Shown piece after piece: positions 8,320 through 18,559 of a DNA stretch of 64,000 nucleotides (the first letter of the stretch is position 1; each line of letters starts with the position of its first letter). Origin of the DNA: Spirochaetales bacterium (GTDB lineage Bacteria > Spirochaetota > JAAYUW01). Made by a program: the position numbers and the translations under genes. The notes beneath the pieces are model-generated. The model was not told where the DNA came from. It searched no databases and saw only the letters and a list, made by a program, of their open reading frames with translations. The stretch covers positions 45,569 to 109,568 of the forward strand of contig JAAZOT010000015.1 in assembly GCA_012797605.1 (NCBI GenBank), in the 5' to 3' direction.

Positions 8320-10829
8320 TATATTTCTATAAAATTAGCATAATTTTACTGAATATTGCCTCATCTATAATTTCATTTGTGTATTTTTTCTATCTTTTAT
8401 TTTTACCAAACAATAAAAAATTATTTAAAATAGTTTCCATTTTATTTTTAGTTATTGGTTTAGGCTCAATAGCCAACATATATTATTTTATTGATATTGA
8501 AAATGAGATTTTAAAGAAAATTATCTTTTTTTGCATAATTTTGCTTTCCTTTTTACTCAATTATTTCATTTTATATGTTAATTTTAAGGATAAGAAAAAA
8601 TCTTTTATATTTTTTATCTTTATTTTATTCTATTCGTTAATATTGACAATTAGTCTTTTTATTAATTTTAAACTTTTTTTAATTTTTATATCGATATTAA
8701 ATTTTTTGGTATTTCTTCATATTGTTATAATAAATATTACTAGAAGGGGCAATATTGTTTTTTATATTTTTTCTTCAAGTTTTTTAATTTCATTGATAAT
8801 TTCAACATTAATATTTTTCTTCGAGAGATATTTCATATTTAAAAATAATATTTATTTGAATCTTTTTGAAATTATAAAGATTTTATATATTAACTTATTT
8901 AAATATTTCACATTTTTCTTAGGTATTTTATTTTTACTTCAAATCAGAAAATTTTTACTTTTTGATTATATCGGTGGAGTTTGGCAAAATTACATAATAA
9001 ATAAAGTAGACATACCTTATGTTTTTATCGATTCAAATGATAATATTATATATGCAAATGAATCTTTTCTTAAAATATGGCAGGGTGATTTGGGAAATAT
9101 CAAAAATATTAACATGAATAATATATTAAATTTTGAAAAAGGTATATTGAGTTGTTTTACCAATGAAAAGATACCTATTGCTTATGAAATATATCCATTA
9201 AAAACAAAAAATAGTATCAAAAAAATAGTCTTAGTTAAATCTTTAATTGAAGATATTAGTATCGAAGAAGAAAGAGAAAAAGAAGAAGATTATAGAATTA
9301 AATATGAAAAAATAAAAATTCTTTTTCATAATTTGCTTGAATATTTCCCTAAGGCTATTTTGATAGTAAATGAAAAAGGTATCATTGAGTATTCAAATTA
9401 TCAATTTGCTTCGATCTTTAAAATTAATAAAGATTCAATAGTTGGGGAATCTATTTTACAAATATTTTTACAGTTAGGCTTTTTGAAAAATTTTGATGAA
9501 AAAGATATTGAGGAATCTATAGAGTTTGTCAAAAAGTTGGAAAATAAAAATTTGGAAATTAAGGATAATTTTTTTAATATTCAAATTAAAGAAATAGAAG
9601 GGATCTTTGAAGAAGATATTGAAAAGACTATTAAATATTTAATTACCATAAATGATTATTCAGTTATTCAAAAAAATAAAATCGCTCTTGAAAAATATAT
9701 TAACACTTTAGATATTTTTATTAATAAAAATATACTTCCAATTTGCCTTACAGATTCGGATGGTTTTATAAGTTTGGTAAATCAGAAATTCACTCAGTAC
9801 TTTGATTTTCAGTCTAAAATTAACATATTTACTTTATCTAAAAATATTGAAAAAATTATCAAAAAAAATTATAAAAAAATATTAAATAATGAAATATTAT
9901 TTTTAGGAGATTATATTGTTTTTGGGGAAAAAATAGAAAATATAACCGAAATATACTCAAAAGAAATTTTTTTATCAAAAGATTTTTTAGATAAAATAAT
10001 TGAAAAAGAATCAACTAATTTAAAATATAAGATTTTTTCAATACACTGTTTTGCTTTGTTTCAAAATTTGAATTATTCATTGTTTCAAAAAAATCCTTAT
10101 CAATTTGCCTTTTTATTTATCGATGTGACAAATGATATATTAAGTAAAAGAGAATTGATTACAAACTTAAAGAATTCAAAGAGCACATTAAAAAAGATGG
10201 ATTTACTTATAAATAATATAAATCATGAGATGCGAACTCCGTTAAATATTATTTCTGGATTTGTTGAATTATTGAAGATAGAAAAACATGATGATCAAAT
10301 TTCAAGAAAGATTATGGGAATTGATAAAAGCGTAGAAAAAATAAAAAAAATAATAGAGGAGATCATATCATCAAGTTCATTTGCTGATAAAGAAAAAGAA
10401 TTAATAGAAATCAACTTAAAACCTTTTATTGAAGATTATAAAAGCTATATGTATAATTCATTTAAAATGACTATTAAAAGTAATGTATTACAAATGAACC
10501 AGCTTAATATTAAGATAAATTTAAGATTATTTAAAAAGCTAATGACTTTTATAATAGATAATTACAAAAATTACGATTTTATAGAATTAAATATAAACAT
10601 CATAAACAAACCTATTTTATCAGCTTTGAATGAAAAATTCTTGGTTATTTCTTTAAATGTTATTGATGAAAAATTACCTAATCAAAAAGAAATAATCTTA
10701 CCCTCAAATGAATTTGATTTTATCAAAATTGTTCTGAATTTTTTAGTATTTTTACTCAAAGGAGAGATAAAATTCAAATCAGATTCTCAATATAACTTCT
10801 TAATAAAAATACCTGTGAAAATTATATAA
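8316..10829 (+). CDS. membrane PAS sensor protein with canonical HisKA H-box but degenerate ATP-binding domain
   Basis: 837 aa. ATG overlaps the upstream stop (ATGA at 8316..8319), so the two are translationally coupled. Multi-TM N-terminus and PAS-like repeats. H-box INHEMRTPLNIISGFVELL. About 113 aa downstream there is an N-box-like FIIDNYKNY, but the G1 position reads VIDEKLP (no DxGxG) and there is no GxGLG G2 box. Confidence 0.8.
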   Translation: MIYFYKISIILLNIASSIISFVYFFYLLFLPNNKKLFKIVSILFLVIGLGSIANIYYFIDIENEILKKIIFFCIILLSFLLNYFILYVNFKDKKKSFIFFIFILFYSLILTISLFINFKLFLIFISILNFLVFLHIVIINITRRGNIVFYIFSSSFLISLIISTLIFFFERYFIFKNNIYLNLFEIIKILYINLFKYFTFFLGILFLLQIRKFLLFDYIGGVWQNYIINKVDIPYVFIDSNDNIIYANESFLKIWQGDLGNIKNINMNNILNFEKGILSCFTNEKIPIAYEIYPLKTKNSIKKIVLVKSLIEDISIEEEREKEEDYRIKYEKIKILFHNLLEYFPKAILIVNEKGIIEYSNYQFASIFKINKDSIVGESILQIFLQLGFLKNFDEKDIEESIEFVKKLENKNLEIKDNFFNIQIKEIEGIFEEDIEKTIKYLITINDYSVIQKNKIALEKYINTLDIFINKNILPICLTDSDGFISLVNQKFTQYFDFQSKINIFTLSKNIEKIIKKNYKKILNNEILFLGDYIVFGEKIENITEIYSKEIFLSKDFLDKIIEKESTNLKYKIFSIHCFALFQNLNYSLFQKNPYQFAFLFIDVTNDILSKRELITNLKNSKSTLKKMDLLINNINHEMRTPLNIISGFVELLKIEKHDDQISRKIMGIDKSVEKIKKIIEEIISSSSFADKEKELIEINLKPFIEDYKSYMYNSFKMTIKSNVLQMNQLNIKINLRLFKKLMTFIIDNYKNYDFIELNINIINKPILSALNEKFLVISLNVIDEKLPNQKEIILPSNEFDFIKIVLNFLVFLLKGEIKFKSDSQYNFLIKIPVKII

Positions 10830-10948
10830 TAGAAAATAAAATTACGCTGGTTTTTGTCGGGATTATTAGTATATATAATGATGGAAATTGAACAATAAAA
10901 AATAGAATTATCCTAAAAATTAACTATCCTTAAAATCATCTACCTTAG

Positions 10949-11140
10949 TTAAATAGTTTGATTGACATTATTTGCCACACCGCTATCATTAAGCATTTTG
11001 ACATAATCTTGTTTAGAATTATTTTGATCTTCAATATTTTTTGGAGATTCAACAGCTTCCTTATTTTTTTCTTGTTCGATTTTTTGATTTGTCACCTGCT
11101 GAGTTTGGATAGCGTAATTATTAACCTTTTTTAAATCCAT
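10949..11140 (-). CDS. small hypothetical protein (63 aa)
   Basis: The only ORF in a 440-bp intergenic gap. Hydrophilic Gln/Asn-rich product with no recognisable motif. Could be spurious. Confidence 0.3.
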   Translation of the reverse strand: MDLKKVNNYAIQTQQVTNQKIEQEKNKEAVESPKNIEDQNNSKQDYVKMLNDSGVANNVNQTI

Positions 11141-11270
11141 ATAAACCCCCGTAAATATTATATTTTATAAATTAGTGTAAATCAAGAATAATTTATTTTG
11201 AAAAGTATTTTTATTTGAAAATATTTAAAAAATAAATAAAATTGTTTTAGAAATAAGTTAAAGGTAATTT

Positions 11271-12281
11271 ATGAATAAAGTCTCAGTGTTCTATGATAAA
11301 AACCATGAAATATCTTATCAATACTCTATCTATGCAGCTCAGATTTGCGGACCTTCTAAAATTATTGATTTAGAGATTATTGATGAGGAAAAAATAAAAA
11401 ATCTACCAAGATATTTATTATTTTGTATTCCAATATTTTATAATAATAATTCTCAAGATAATTTTAAAATAGAACATAAAGAATATGCGAATATTCAAAT
11501 AACAACAATTCAAAAATTGAAAAATGCTTTAGGTAATTCATTTATGAATATTAAAGTAGTCAATGCAATAAAAAAAATTAAGGAACATTTATATTTAAAT
11601 CAAGAAAAAGATATTTATTTTATATTCATAAAAGAAGATATTGAATTATTATCAGAAAAAGAAAAATTAATGAACACAAGTATTTTTATTGATGAGATCA
11701 ATTCTTTAAGTAATTTTATAAATGGTTTTATTGTTTTAAGCTCTAATATAGAAGATAGGGATCTTCTGATTGACTATCTTAGAAATATTAGGATACAAAC
11801 GCTATATCCCAAAAAAACTATGAATCAAACAGATCTTTCTTCTTTAATATTAAAATTTATTTTAGAGCATGACGTTTGTGTAATGGCAACCGGATATAGA
11901 GAGCATATTAGATCTACAACATTGGAGTATATTTTTAAAAATTTCAAATTCTATATAATCTCTGAAGCCGGTGAAAAATATGCGAATTTGGCATGTAATA
12001 ATAATGTTGCCCTTACCATTTTTGATTCCATTCCAATATCTGGAAGAACAAAAAGTATTCAAGTCCAAGGCATTGCAAATATTTATAAGAATGATGACGA
12101 AAAGATAAGATATATTTTGGAAGCAAGAGGATTGGATAGAGAAAATATTGAAAAATTAGGATTCGACATCTTTATAATTGAGATTGAACCTAAAAGTATA
12201 GAACTTTATGATCCCACCATGAAAGATTTCGGTTTCTCAAATAGGCAAATCTTTAATCCTATTAATTTTTTTAATTATTAA
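11271..12281 (+). CDS. two-domain protein: N-terminal unknown domain fused to pyridoxamine 5'-phosphate oxidase-like FMN-binding split-barrel domain
   Basis: 336 aa. The C-terminal ~140 aa (VCVMATGYREHIRSTTLEYIF...KYANLACNNNVALTIFD...IQVQGIANIY) fits the PNPOx-like split-barrel pattern (K-x-x-N-L-x-x-N-P-R-V-A-L). The N-terminal ~190 aa are unrecognised. Confidence 0.55.
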   Translation: MNKVSVFYDKNHEISYQYSIYAAQICGPSKIIDLEIIDEEKIKNLPRYLLFCIPIFYNNNSQDNFKIEHKEYANIQITTIQKLKNALGNSFMNIKVVNAIKKIKEHLYLNQEKDIYFIFIKEDIELLSEKEKLMNTSIFIDEINSLSNFINGFIVLSSNIEDRDLLIDYLRNIRIQTLYPKKTMNQTDLSSLILKFILEHDVCVMATGYREHIRSTTLEYIFKNFKFYIISEAGEKYANLACNNNVALTIFDSIPISGRTKSIQVQGIANIYKNDDEKIRYILEARGLDRENIEKLGFDIFIIEIEPKSIELYDPTMKDFGFSNRQIFNPINFFNY

Positions 12282-12284
12282 AAA

Positions 12285-13556
12285 ATGAAAAATCATACTT
12301 TTTTTATCACCTGTTCATTTGGCATCGAGTCTATCTGTAAAAAGGAATTGCAACTTTTCAATATCGAAAAAATCAATTTAAATAATGGTTTTTTGATTGT
12401 AAACGCTTCCTTGAATTTCATAGAATTAGCAAAATATCTAAAATCTATTAATCGGCTCTATTATATAATTAAAGAGACTGAAATTTCAAATTATGATGAA
12501 ATTTATAAAATATTTAAAGAAATAGAAATAAATGATTTTTTTAAAAATAAAAATGGTATAAATAATGTTGATGTTATAACACAAAATACCAAATTATATA
12601 GTAAAAAGACAATAAAAGCAATATCAATTAAAGCTTTGAAAAATTATATTTCGGACAAGAAAAATAAAGTTAATGGTAATAATAATTTATCTATCTTTAT
12701 AGTTGAAAATAAGGTATATATTGGATTAGATTGTTTTGGAAAATCTTTACATAAAAGAAACTATAGATTGGATGGCGGAATTTCTCCACTTAAAGAAAAT
12801 CTTGCTGCATCATTGGTTATAAATTCCCTAAAATTCGATCATGAGTATTTGATAGATCCATTTTGTGGCAGTGGGACAATCATTACCGAAGCCATATTAT
12901 TTATTTATATGAAAAAAAACCTAGGTCTTTTTCCAATAATAAATTTAAAAAATTTAGATCAAGAGTTATCAGATGAAATATTGAATAAATATATATGTAA
13001 AGATGAAGATATTGAGATAGATAAAGAGAGAAATAATAATATTGAAAAAAAAAAGAAAAATAATAAAGTTAATATTAATCTTTATAATTGTAAATATTTT
13101 ATTGGAGCAGATATAGATGGCAATGCCATTGAAAATTCAAAGAGAAATATAGAAAGGATGTTGAAAATATACTTTAATAATTCTTATAATTTTAGAAAGA
13201 TAGAAAATATCTTTTATATTTACAAAGTCTGCGAAATAAATTACAATTTTTATATAATATTAGTTAATATTGATTCATATAAACTTAAGGAAGAAATTGA
13301 AAAGATTGAATTATTAAGAAAAATAGATAAAACTAATGCAGTATTGATATCAAATTTGCCATATGGGAAAAGACTAGATAAAAAATTTACCAACAATAAT
13401 AGTCTTGCTGCTATTCAGAAAGTCTTTAAAGATTTTGATTGTGAAAAATATTTTTTAAGCACTATGAAATTTTTACCAGCATTATTGGAAAAACAGCCAA
13501 AAAAGAAGAGAAAATTATACAATGGGAAGATAGAGGTAACTTTATTTAATTTTTAA
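12285..13556 (+). CDS. THUMP-domain class I SAM-dependent RNA methyltransferase (RlmL/YpsC-like)
   Basis: 423 aa. N-terminal THUMP-like region, then MTase motif I (LIDPFCGSGTIITEA), FIGADIDGNAIE and motif IV (ISNLPYGKRL). A ~90-aa Lys/Asn-rich insertion lies between motif I and the DID motif. Starts 4 nt after the upstream stop. Confidence 0.7.
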   Translation: MKNHTFFITCSFGIESICKKELQLFNIEKINLNNGFLIVNASLNFIELAKYLKSINRLYYIIKETEISNYDEIYKIFKEIEINDFFKNKNGINNVDVITQNTKLYSKKTIKAISIKALKNYISDKKNKVNGNNNLSIFIVENKVYIGLDCFGKSLHKRNYRLDGGISPLKENLAASLVINSLKFDHEYLIDPFCGSGTIITEAILFIYMKKNLGLFPIINLKNLDQELSDEILNKYICKDEDIEIDKERNNNIEKKKKNNKVNINLYNCKYFIGADIDGNAIENSKRNIERMLKIYFNNSYNFRKIENIFYIYKVCEINYNFYIILVNIDSYKLKEEIEKIELLRKIDKTNAVLISNLPYGKRLDKKFTNNNSLAAIQKVFKDFDCEKYFLSTMKFLPALLEKQPKKKRKLYNGKIEVTLFNF

Positions 13557-13588
13557 TTATAATATTTTTTAATGCAAGAGGAATTGCA

Positions 13589-16500
13589 ATGCAGATTAAA
13601 AATTACACAATTTTAAATACAAAACTGGCTAAAGATCAGTTTCTTTGGCATGAAGGTTATTTAGAGAAAAAAAATAAAGTAAATATTTTTGAATTTTATA
13701 TTGATAAGTTAAAGATTGATAACCCAAATGATGTCATATATAAGATCTTGATACCAGCAGATATTGGTAATCCTATAGAAATTATATCATGTTTCATAGG
13801 TTTTAATGGTAATCTATTTATTGTTCTACCATTGGAGTTCGAAAAGCTATCGCAAATAAGAGGTATCTATCTAGATTACGATATTGAAAATTTAAATTTG
13901 TTTTTAAAAAAGGAAGCAAGCCCTAAATTACTATTAATTAATGGTAAAAATCTCTCGGGTAAAAGTTACTTTGCAAATATATTAAATATATTTTTTGTAA
14001 TAAAAAGTTTTGAAACTTTATTTTTTACGGCGATTTTCAAGTTGGTTCAAGATGTAGAGATTGTAAATAGCATGAGAGAATCTTTTGTTCAAAGTGAAGA
14101 AGAAGAAGAAGAACAGATAAAAAAAATTCAATTTGGCTATTTCCCAGAGAAATATCAAAAGTCTTTCGCTAGTAAAATACTTTCAATTGCTTCTAAAAAA
14201 CCAGTAACAATTTTTTTTGATAATATTGATCTACTTTCTAAAAATGTCCAGACCCTAATCTTAGGAATTTATAAAACGATACAACTAAACCCAGGAAGAT
14301 TTCCAATCGTTTTTTGTTTAATATCCACAAATGGGATATCTCATCTTTTAATGTCTGAGGAATTCTCTAGAAATAGTTTCATTAGAAAAATGCTGGATGT
14401 ATCATTTTTAGAACTTAAAAAGTTAATAAATTTTCTACCTATAATAAAAAATAATAGTAATAATCCAAACCAAAATGATTTACTTCATCATTTATATAAA
14501 ATAACTGAAGGGCATTTACCAAAAATTCAATTCGTTTTATCAAGAATCGCTTTTGGACAAATAGCATGGGATGAATCTTTTTTAAGCCAATCACTTAATA
14601 AAATATATTCAGAAGAGATTTCTAGATTAAATGAGCTTGATCTTACTATACTTTCTATCTTCAAGACATTTAAAATCCCACTTTCTTTTTTAACATTCAA
14701 ATATATTGCACCAATATGCATTGATAAGAAGTACGATTATGATGATATTTATGATTCAATTATTAAATTAAAAAATCTTTTCTTAGTTTCTACTACTCTT
14801 TCAAATAAAACTATACATATGTTTTTAAGTTATAAAGAGATGCTAACTTATATACCAGATTATCCAGAACCTAATAAAATTTATGAAGCTTGTGGAGATT
14901 ATTATAAATCTATCGAAGAAAATATCGAATTAATTCTATATTGTTATATTAACTCAAAAAATATAAATAAAACAATAGAATCATTGAATAGTTTTATTGA
15001 TTATTATAAAAAAGTCTTTGATTTTGAACCTATACTTTTCTATATAGACAAAGTATTACAGACATTTACATTATCCTCCCAATTAAGATTTGATCTTTTA
15101 TATGAGAAAGCAGAAATTTTTTCCCATCTTTCTTTATGGTTTGAATCACTTACAATGTTATATGAACTTCTTCCTTATTCAAAAAGAATAGAAGATATAT
15201 ACTATTATATTTGCTATAACTACTTTTATCTTGGAGAGTATGACGCTCTTGAAGAATTTATTCAAGCTTATCAGCAAACAATCTATTCTAATCCTATGTT
15301 AAAAATAAAGATCGGATTTATACAAGCTCCGATTTTTTGTATAAAAAATGAAAAAGAAAAAGCCATTAACCTTATTAATGAATTATATGAATTAATTTCA
15401 AATGAAAAAGATAATACTGTCTTATTTAAAGATTTCTATATTTGTGCTGCAAATTGTTACTATCTGATTAATGATGTTGCGAAAGCGAAGGAGATGATTA
15501 ATAAGGTAGAATTAAAAAAAGATGATTTTCAATCCATTCCATATTTTATGGAAATATACCTCCTTCAAGCTAAGTTTGCCCTCTATGAAAAACAATACAA
15601 TCTAAGTTTGTCCTGGACTAATAAAGGGATAAATTTATGCGAAAATTATTATAACTTAAGATATCTTTCAGATTTTTATACTATAACTGCTCTAAACTTA
15701 TATTATCTTAAAAATTACAATTCAACATTATCTTATTTAAAGAAGGCTTCGAAATTGAAAGAAGAACTAAATCATAGATTTGATTTAGGTATAATAAGAT
15801 ATTATGAAGCTTTAACTTTGTTTAAATTAGGAAACTTCTCTCAAGCCATAGCAAAAACATATAAAGCAGCACATATCTTTAAGATACTAGACGCTAAACA
15901 ATACTACAAAGATACACAAATACTTTTAATTAAAGCAGAATTTGAACTAAGGAATTATGAAAGAGCCTTTTATTTACTACGCTCTCTATCAAAAGATTAT
16001 GAATTTACTAAAGAAGAGAAAGAAGAACTCTTATTTTATATGACCAAAATACAGGAAATAATTCTTTCTATGAACAATACTATCTCTATAATATTAGATA
16101 CTAAAGATTTTTCGAAAATACCTAGTTATTTTAATACAATGAGAAATAGTAGAGTTTCATTTGACGATATCTCGTTAAAACTTGTTTATTCTCTTCAACA
16201 TATAGTTGATCAGAACCCTCATTTTGAAAAAGTATACGAAGAAATTTTAGTATATCTTACAAATTATACTAACGCAGATGTATCCTATTTAGTTTTATCT
16301 TATCCGAATAATGAATTTAAGATTGTTTCAAAATATTCTCCAGTAAACCTGACTTCATCCACAAATAAAGAAATAATTTTCGAGTTATTAAAATTAAAAA
16401 TTCTCTATGAAGAAAAAGTAACAACTTTATCATATGATAATGAAAATATAGTATGTATACCTTTATATAGGGTTTCAAGATTACCATCTACAAGAGCAAA

Positions 16501-17128
16501 AAAACTAACATCAAGAATAAGGAAAAATTATCTTGGTTTTATAATTTTATTTTTCACAACAGAACCTAAAAAAGAGATAATATTTTCAATTTCAAATTCA
16601 TATAATGTAATTAATTCAATAATAATTAATTCACTAGAATATAGTAACTTATCTAAAGAAGATGATCATACTTATCGATTCAGAGTATTTAAGGAAATTG
16701 TTATAAGAGAAGCTTTTAATTGTTGTCAGGAAGGTCATAATTTTGGTTTTTGTTATCTTAAGATAAATTTGCCTAAGGAACTATACCAAAATGAAAAAAT
16801 CAAAATACTGTTAAATGAATTCATAATAAATTTACATCATCTATTACGAAGTGAAGATTTAATGACCCATATTTCAGATTATGAATATTTTATCTTTTTA
16901 CCATTTGCTGAAAAACATGGAGAAGGATCATTAAAGGGAAAAGTTTCAAGTTCATTTGTTAATTTTTACAACAAAACTTCAAAAAAAGAAATATTTGAAA
17001 AAGTCGAACTTTATCTTTCTTTTTCCTTTTTAAGTCCATGTGAAAAGAATATAATGATAGATGTTGATAGTATTATAAATGAATTAAAAGAAAAAGTGGT
17101 TAAAATTCCGCTGAACCTGGAACCCTAA
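13589..17128 (+). CDS. large multidomain signalling protein: P-loop NTPase + TPR-like repeats + GAF-like + degenerate GGDEF domain
   Basis: 1179 aa. Walker A ([13 protein letters not shown]) and Walker B-like (VTIFFDNID). Long helical TPR-like region. GAF-like segment ([23 protein letters not shown]...[10 protein letters not shown]). The C-terminus follows the GGDEF fold pattern ([14 protein letters not shown]...[21 protein letters not shown]), with the RxGGDEF signature replaced by SDYEYF. Confidence 0.8.
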   Translation: MQIKNYTILNTKLAKDQFLWHEGYLEKKNKVNIFEFYIDKLKIDNPNDVIYKILIPADIGNPIEIISCFIGFNGNLFIVLPLEFEKLSQIRGIYLDYDIENLNLFLKKEASPKLLLINGKNLSGKSYFANILNIFFVIKSFETLFFTAIFKLVQDVEIVNSMRESFVQSEEEEEEQIKKIQFGYFPEKYQKSFASKILSIASKKPVTIFFDNIDLLSKNVQTLILGIYKTIQLNPGRFPIVFCLISTNGISHLLMSEEFSRNSFIRKMLDVSFLELKKLINFLPIIKNNSNNPNQNDLLHHLYKITEGHLPKIQFVLSRIAFGQIAWDESFLSQSLNKIYSEEISRLNELDLTILSIFKTFKIPLSFLTFKYIAPICIDKKYDYDDIYDSIIKLKNLFLVSTTLSNKTIHMFLSYKEMLTYIPDYPEPNKIYEACGDYYKSIEENIELILYCYINSKNINKTIESLNSFIDYYKKVFDFEPILFYIDKVLQTFTLSSQLRFDLLYEKAEIFSHLSLWFESLTMLYELLPYSKRIEDIYYYICYNYFYLGEYDALEEFIQAYQQTIYSNPMLKIKIGFIQAPIFCIKNEKEKAINLINELYELISNEKDNTVLFKDFYICAANCYYLINDVAKAKEMINKVELKKDDFQSIPYFMEIYLLQAKFALYEKQYNLSLSWTNKGINLCENYYNLRYLSDFYTITALNLYYLKNYNSTLSYLKKASKLKEELNHRFDLGIIRYYEALTLFKLGNFSQAIAKTYKAAHIFKILDAKQYYKDTQILLIKAEFELRNYERAFYLLRSLSKDYEFTKEEKEELLFYMTKIQEIILSMNNTISIILDTKDFSKIPSYFNTMRNSRVSFDDISLKLVYSLQHIVDQNPHFEKVYEEILVYLTNYTNADVSYLVLSYPNNEFKIVSKYSPVNLTSSTNKEIIFELLKLKILYEEKVTTLSYDNENIVCIPLYRVSRLPSTRAKKLTSRIRKNYLGFIILFFTTEPKKEIIFSISNSYNVINSIIINSLEYSNLSKEDDHTYRFRVFKEIVIREAFNCCQEGHNFGFCYLKINLPKELYQNEKIKILLNEFIINLHHLLRSEDLMTHISDYEYFIFLPFAEKHGEGSLKGKVSSSFVNFYNKTSKKEIFEKVELYLSFSFLSPCEKNIMIDVDSIINELKEKVVKIPLNLEP

Positions 17129-18476
17129 AAAATGGTATGACATCTCTAATATTTTTCATACCAGTAATAAATTGAATTGTTCTTTCAAATCCAAGTCCAA
17201 ATCCTGAATGAGGAACTGATCCATATTTTCTTTGATCTATGTACCACCAATAATCTTGTTTATTTAACCCTTTTTCTTCTATGTTTTTTAATAACATGGA
17301 AAGATCATCTTCCCTTTGAGAACCACCGATAATTTCACCTATTTCAGGGACAAGCAAATCCATTGCTCTTACTGTTTTACCATCACTATTTCTTTTCATA
17401 TAAAAAGCTTTTATAGAAAAAGGATAATCGGTAACAAAAACTGGTTTCTTAAAATACTCCTCAGTTAAGAATCTTTCATGTTCAGATTGCATATCTATTC
17501 CCCATGAAACAGGAAAATCAAATTTCTTATTGCTTTTTAATAGTATTTCTATTGCTTGGGTATATGTAATTTTTTCAAAAGTCGAAGATAAGACATTATC
17601 CAATCTTTTTAATAAACCTTGCTCTACCCATTTATCAAAAAATTCAAATTCATCCGTATGCCTATCTAGAGTAAATTTCACGATATATTTTATGAAACTT
17701 TCAGCAAGTTGCATATTGTCTTCCAATTCAAAAAAAGCCATTTCTGGTTCTATCATCCAGAATTCTGCAAGATGCCTTGATGTATTTGAGTTTTCAGCTC
17801 TAAATGTTGGGCCAAATGTATAAACTTTTGAAAGAGCTTGAGCAAAATTTTCGACTTCAAGTTGTCCCGAAACAGTTAAATATGCTTTTTTACCAAAAAA
17901 GTCTTCTTCGTAATTTAACTTCCCTGATTTGGCAACCTCTTCCATATTTAAGGTTGTCACTTGGAACATTTGACCAGCTCCTTCACAATCTGAAGTTGTT
18001 ATAATGGGAGTATGAATATAAAAAAATCCATTTTTTTGAAAAAAGTCATGAATAGCATAAGCTATGGTACTTCTAACTCTAAAAACAGAACCAAAAGTAT
18101 TGGTTCTTGGTCTTAAATGAGCTATCGTTCTTAAGAATTCAAAAGAGTGCCTTTTCTTTTGAAGTGGATATTCTTCTGCAGGGGTGATACAATAAACAGT
18201 TAATTCTTTACCTTTTATTTCCCACTTTTGTTCTGGTTTAGGAGACTCAACAAGATCTCCTTTTACTTTTATACTGCTTGCTGTTGTTAATGTTTCAAGT
18301 TTTTTAAGTAAATCTTCATCCTGTTCAAATACTATCTGTATATTTCTAACAGTGGAACCATCATTTAACTCTATAAAATAGATATTCTTCATATCTCTAA
18401 CCGTTCTAACCCAACCAGCAACAGTTACATCTTTGATTGCAGACTTTGAATAAAGTAATTCTTTAACACTATGCAT
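17100..18476 (-). CDS. asnS: asparagine--tRNA ligase
   Basis: 458 aa. N-terminal OB anticodon-binding domain, class II motifs (FRAE, GSAEF near C-terminus, GLGFER). Length fits AsnRS rather than AspRS. Its 3' end overlaps the 3' end of the convergent 13589..17128 gene by 29 nt. Confidence 0.9.
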   Translation of the reverse strand: MHSVKELLYSKSAIKDVTVAGWVRTVRDMKNIYFIELNDGSTVRNIQIVFEQDEDLLKKLETLTTASSIKVKGDLVESPKPEQKWEIKGKELTVYCITPAEEYPLQKKRHSFEFLRTIAHLRPRTNTFGSVFRVRSTIAYAIHDFFQKNGFFYIHTPIITTSDCEGAGQMFQVTTLNMEEVAKSGKLNYEEDFFGKKAYLTVSGQLEVENFAQALSKVYTFGPTFRAENSNTSRHLAEFWMIEPEMAFFELEDNMQLAESFIKYIVKFTLDRHTDEFEFFDKWVEQGLLKRLDNVLSSTFEKITYTQAIEILLKSNKKFDFPVSWGIDMQSEHERFLTEEYFKKPVFVTDYPFSIKAFYMKRNSDGKTVRAMDLLVPEIGEIIGGSQREDDLSMLLKNIEEKGLNKQDYWWYIDQRKYGSVPHSGFGLGFERTIQFITGMKNIRDVIPFFRVPGSAEF

Positions 18477-18559
18477 TTATATCCTCCAAAAAATTAGAAA
18501 AACCATTAATGCTTTATTTGATAAAGAAATAACAGAATTAAAAAAAAATTAAACAAAAT

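Noticed and set aside
13589-17128. Avs-like antiviral STAND NTPase
   Set aside because: The NTPase plus TPR architecture resembles one. However, no nuclease, protease or other effector domain is present, and the C-terminus is GAF plus degenerate GGDEF, which favours a signalling role.
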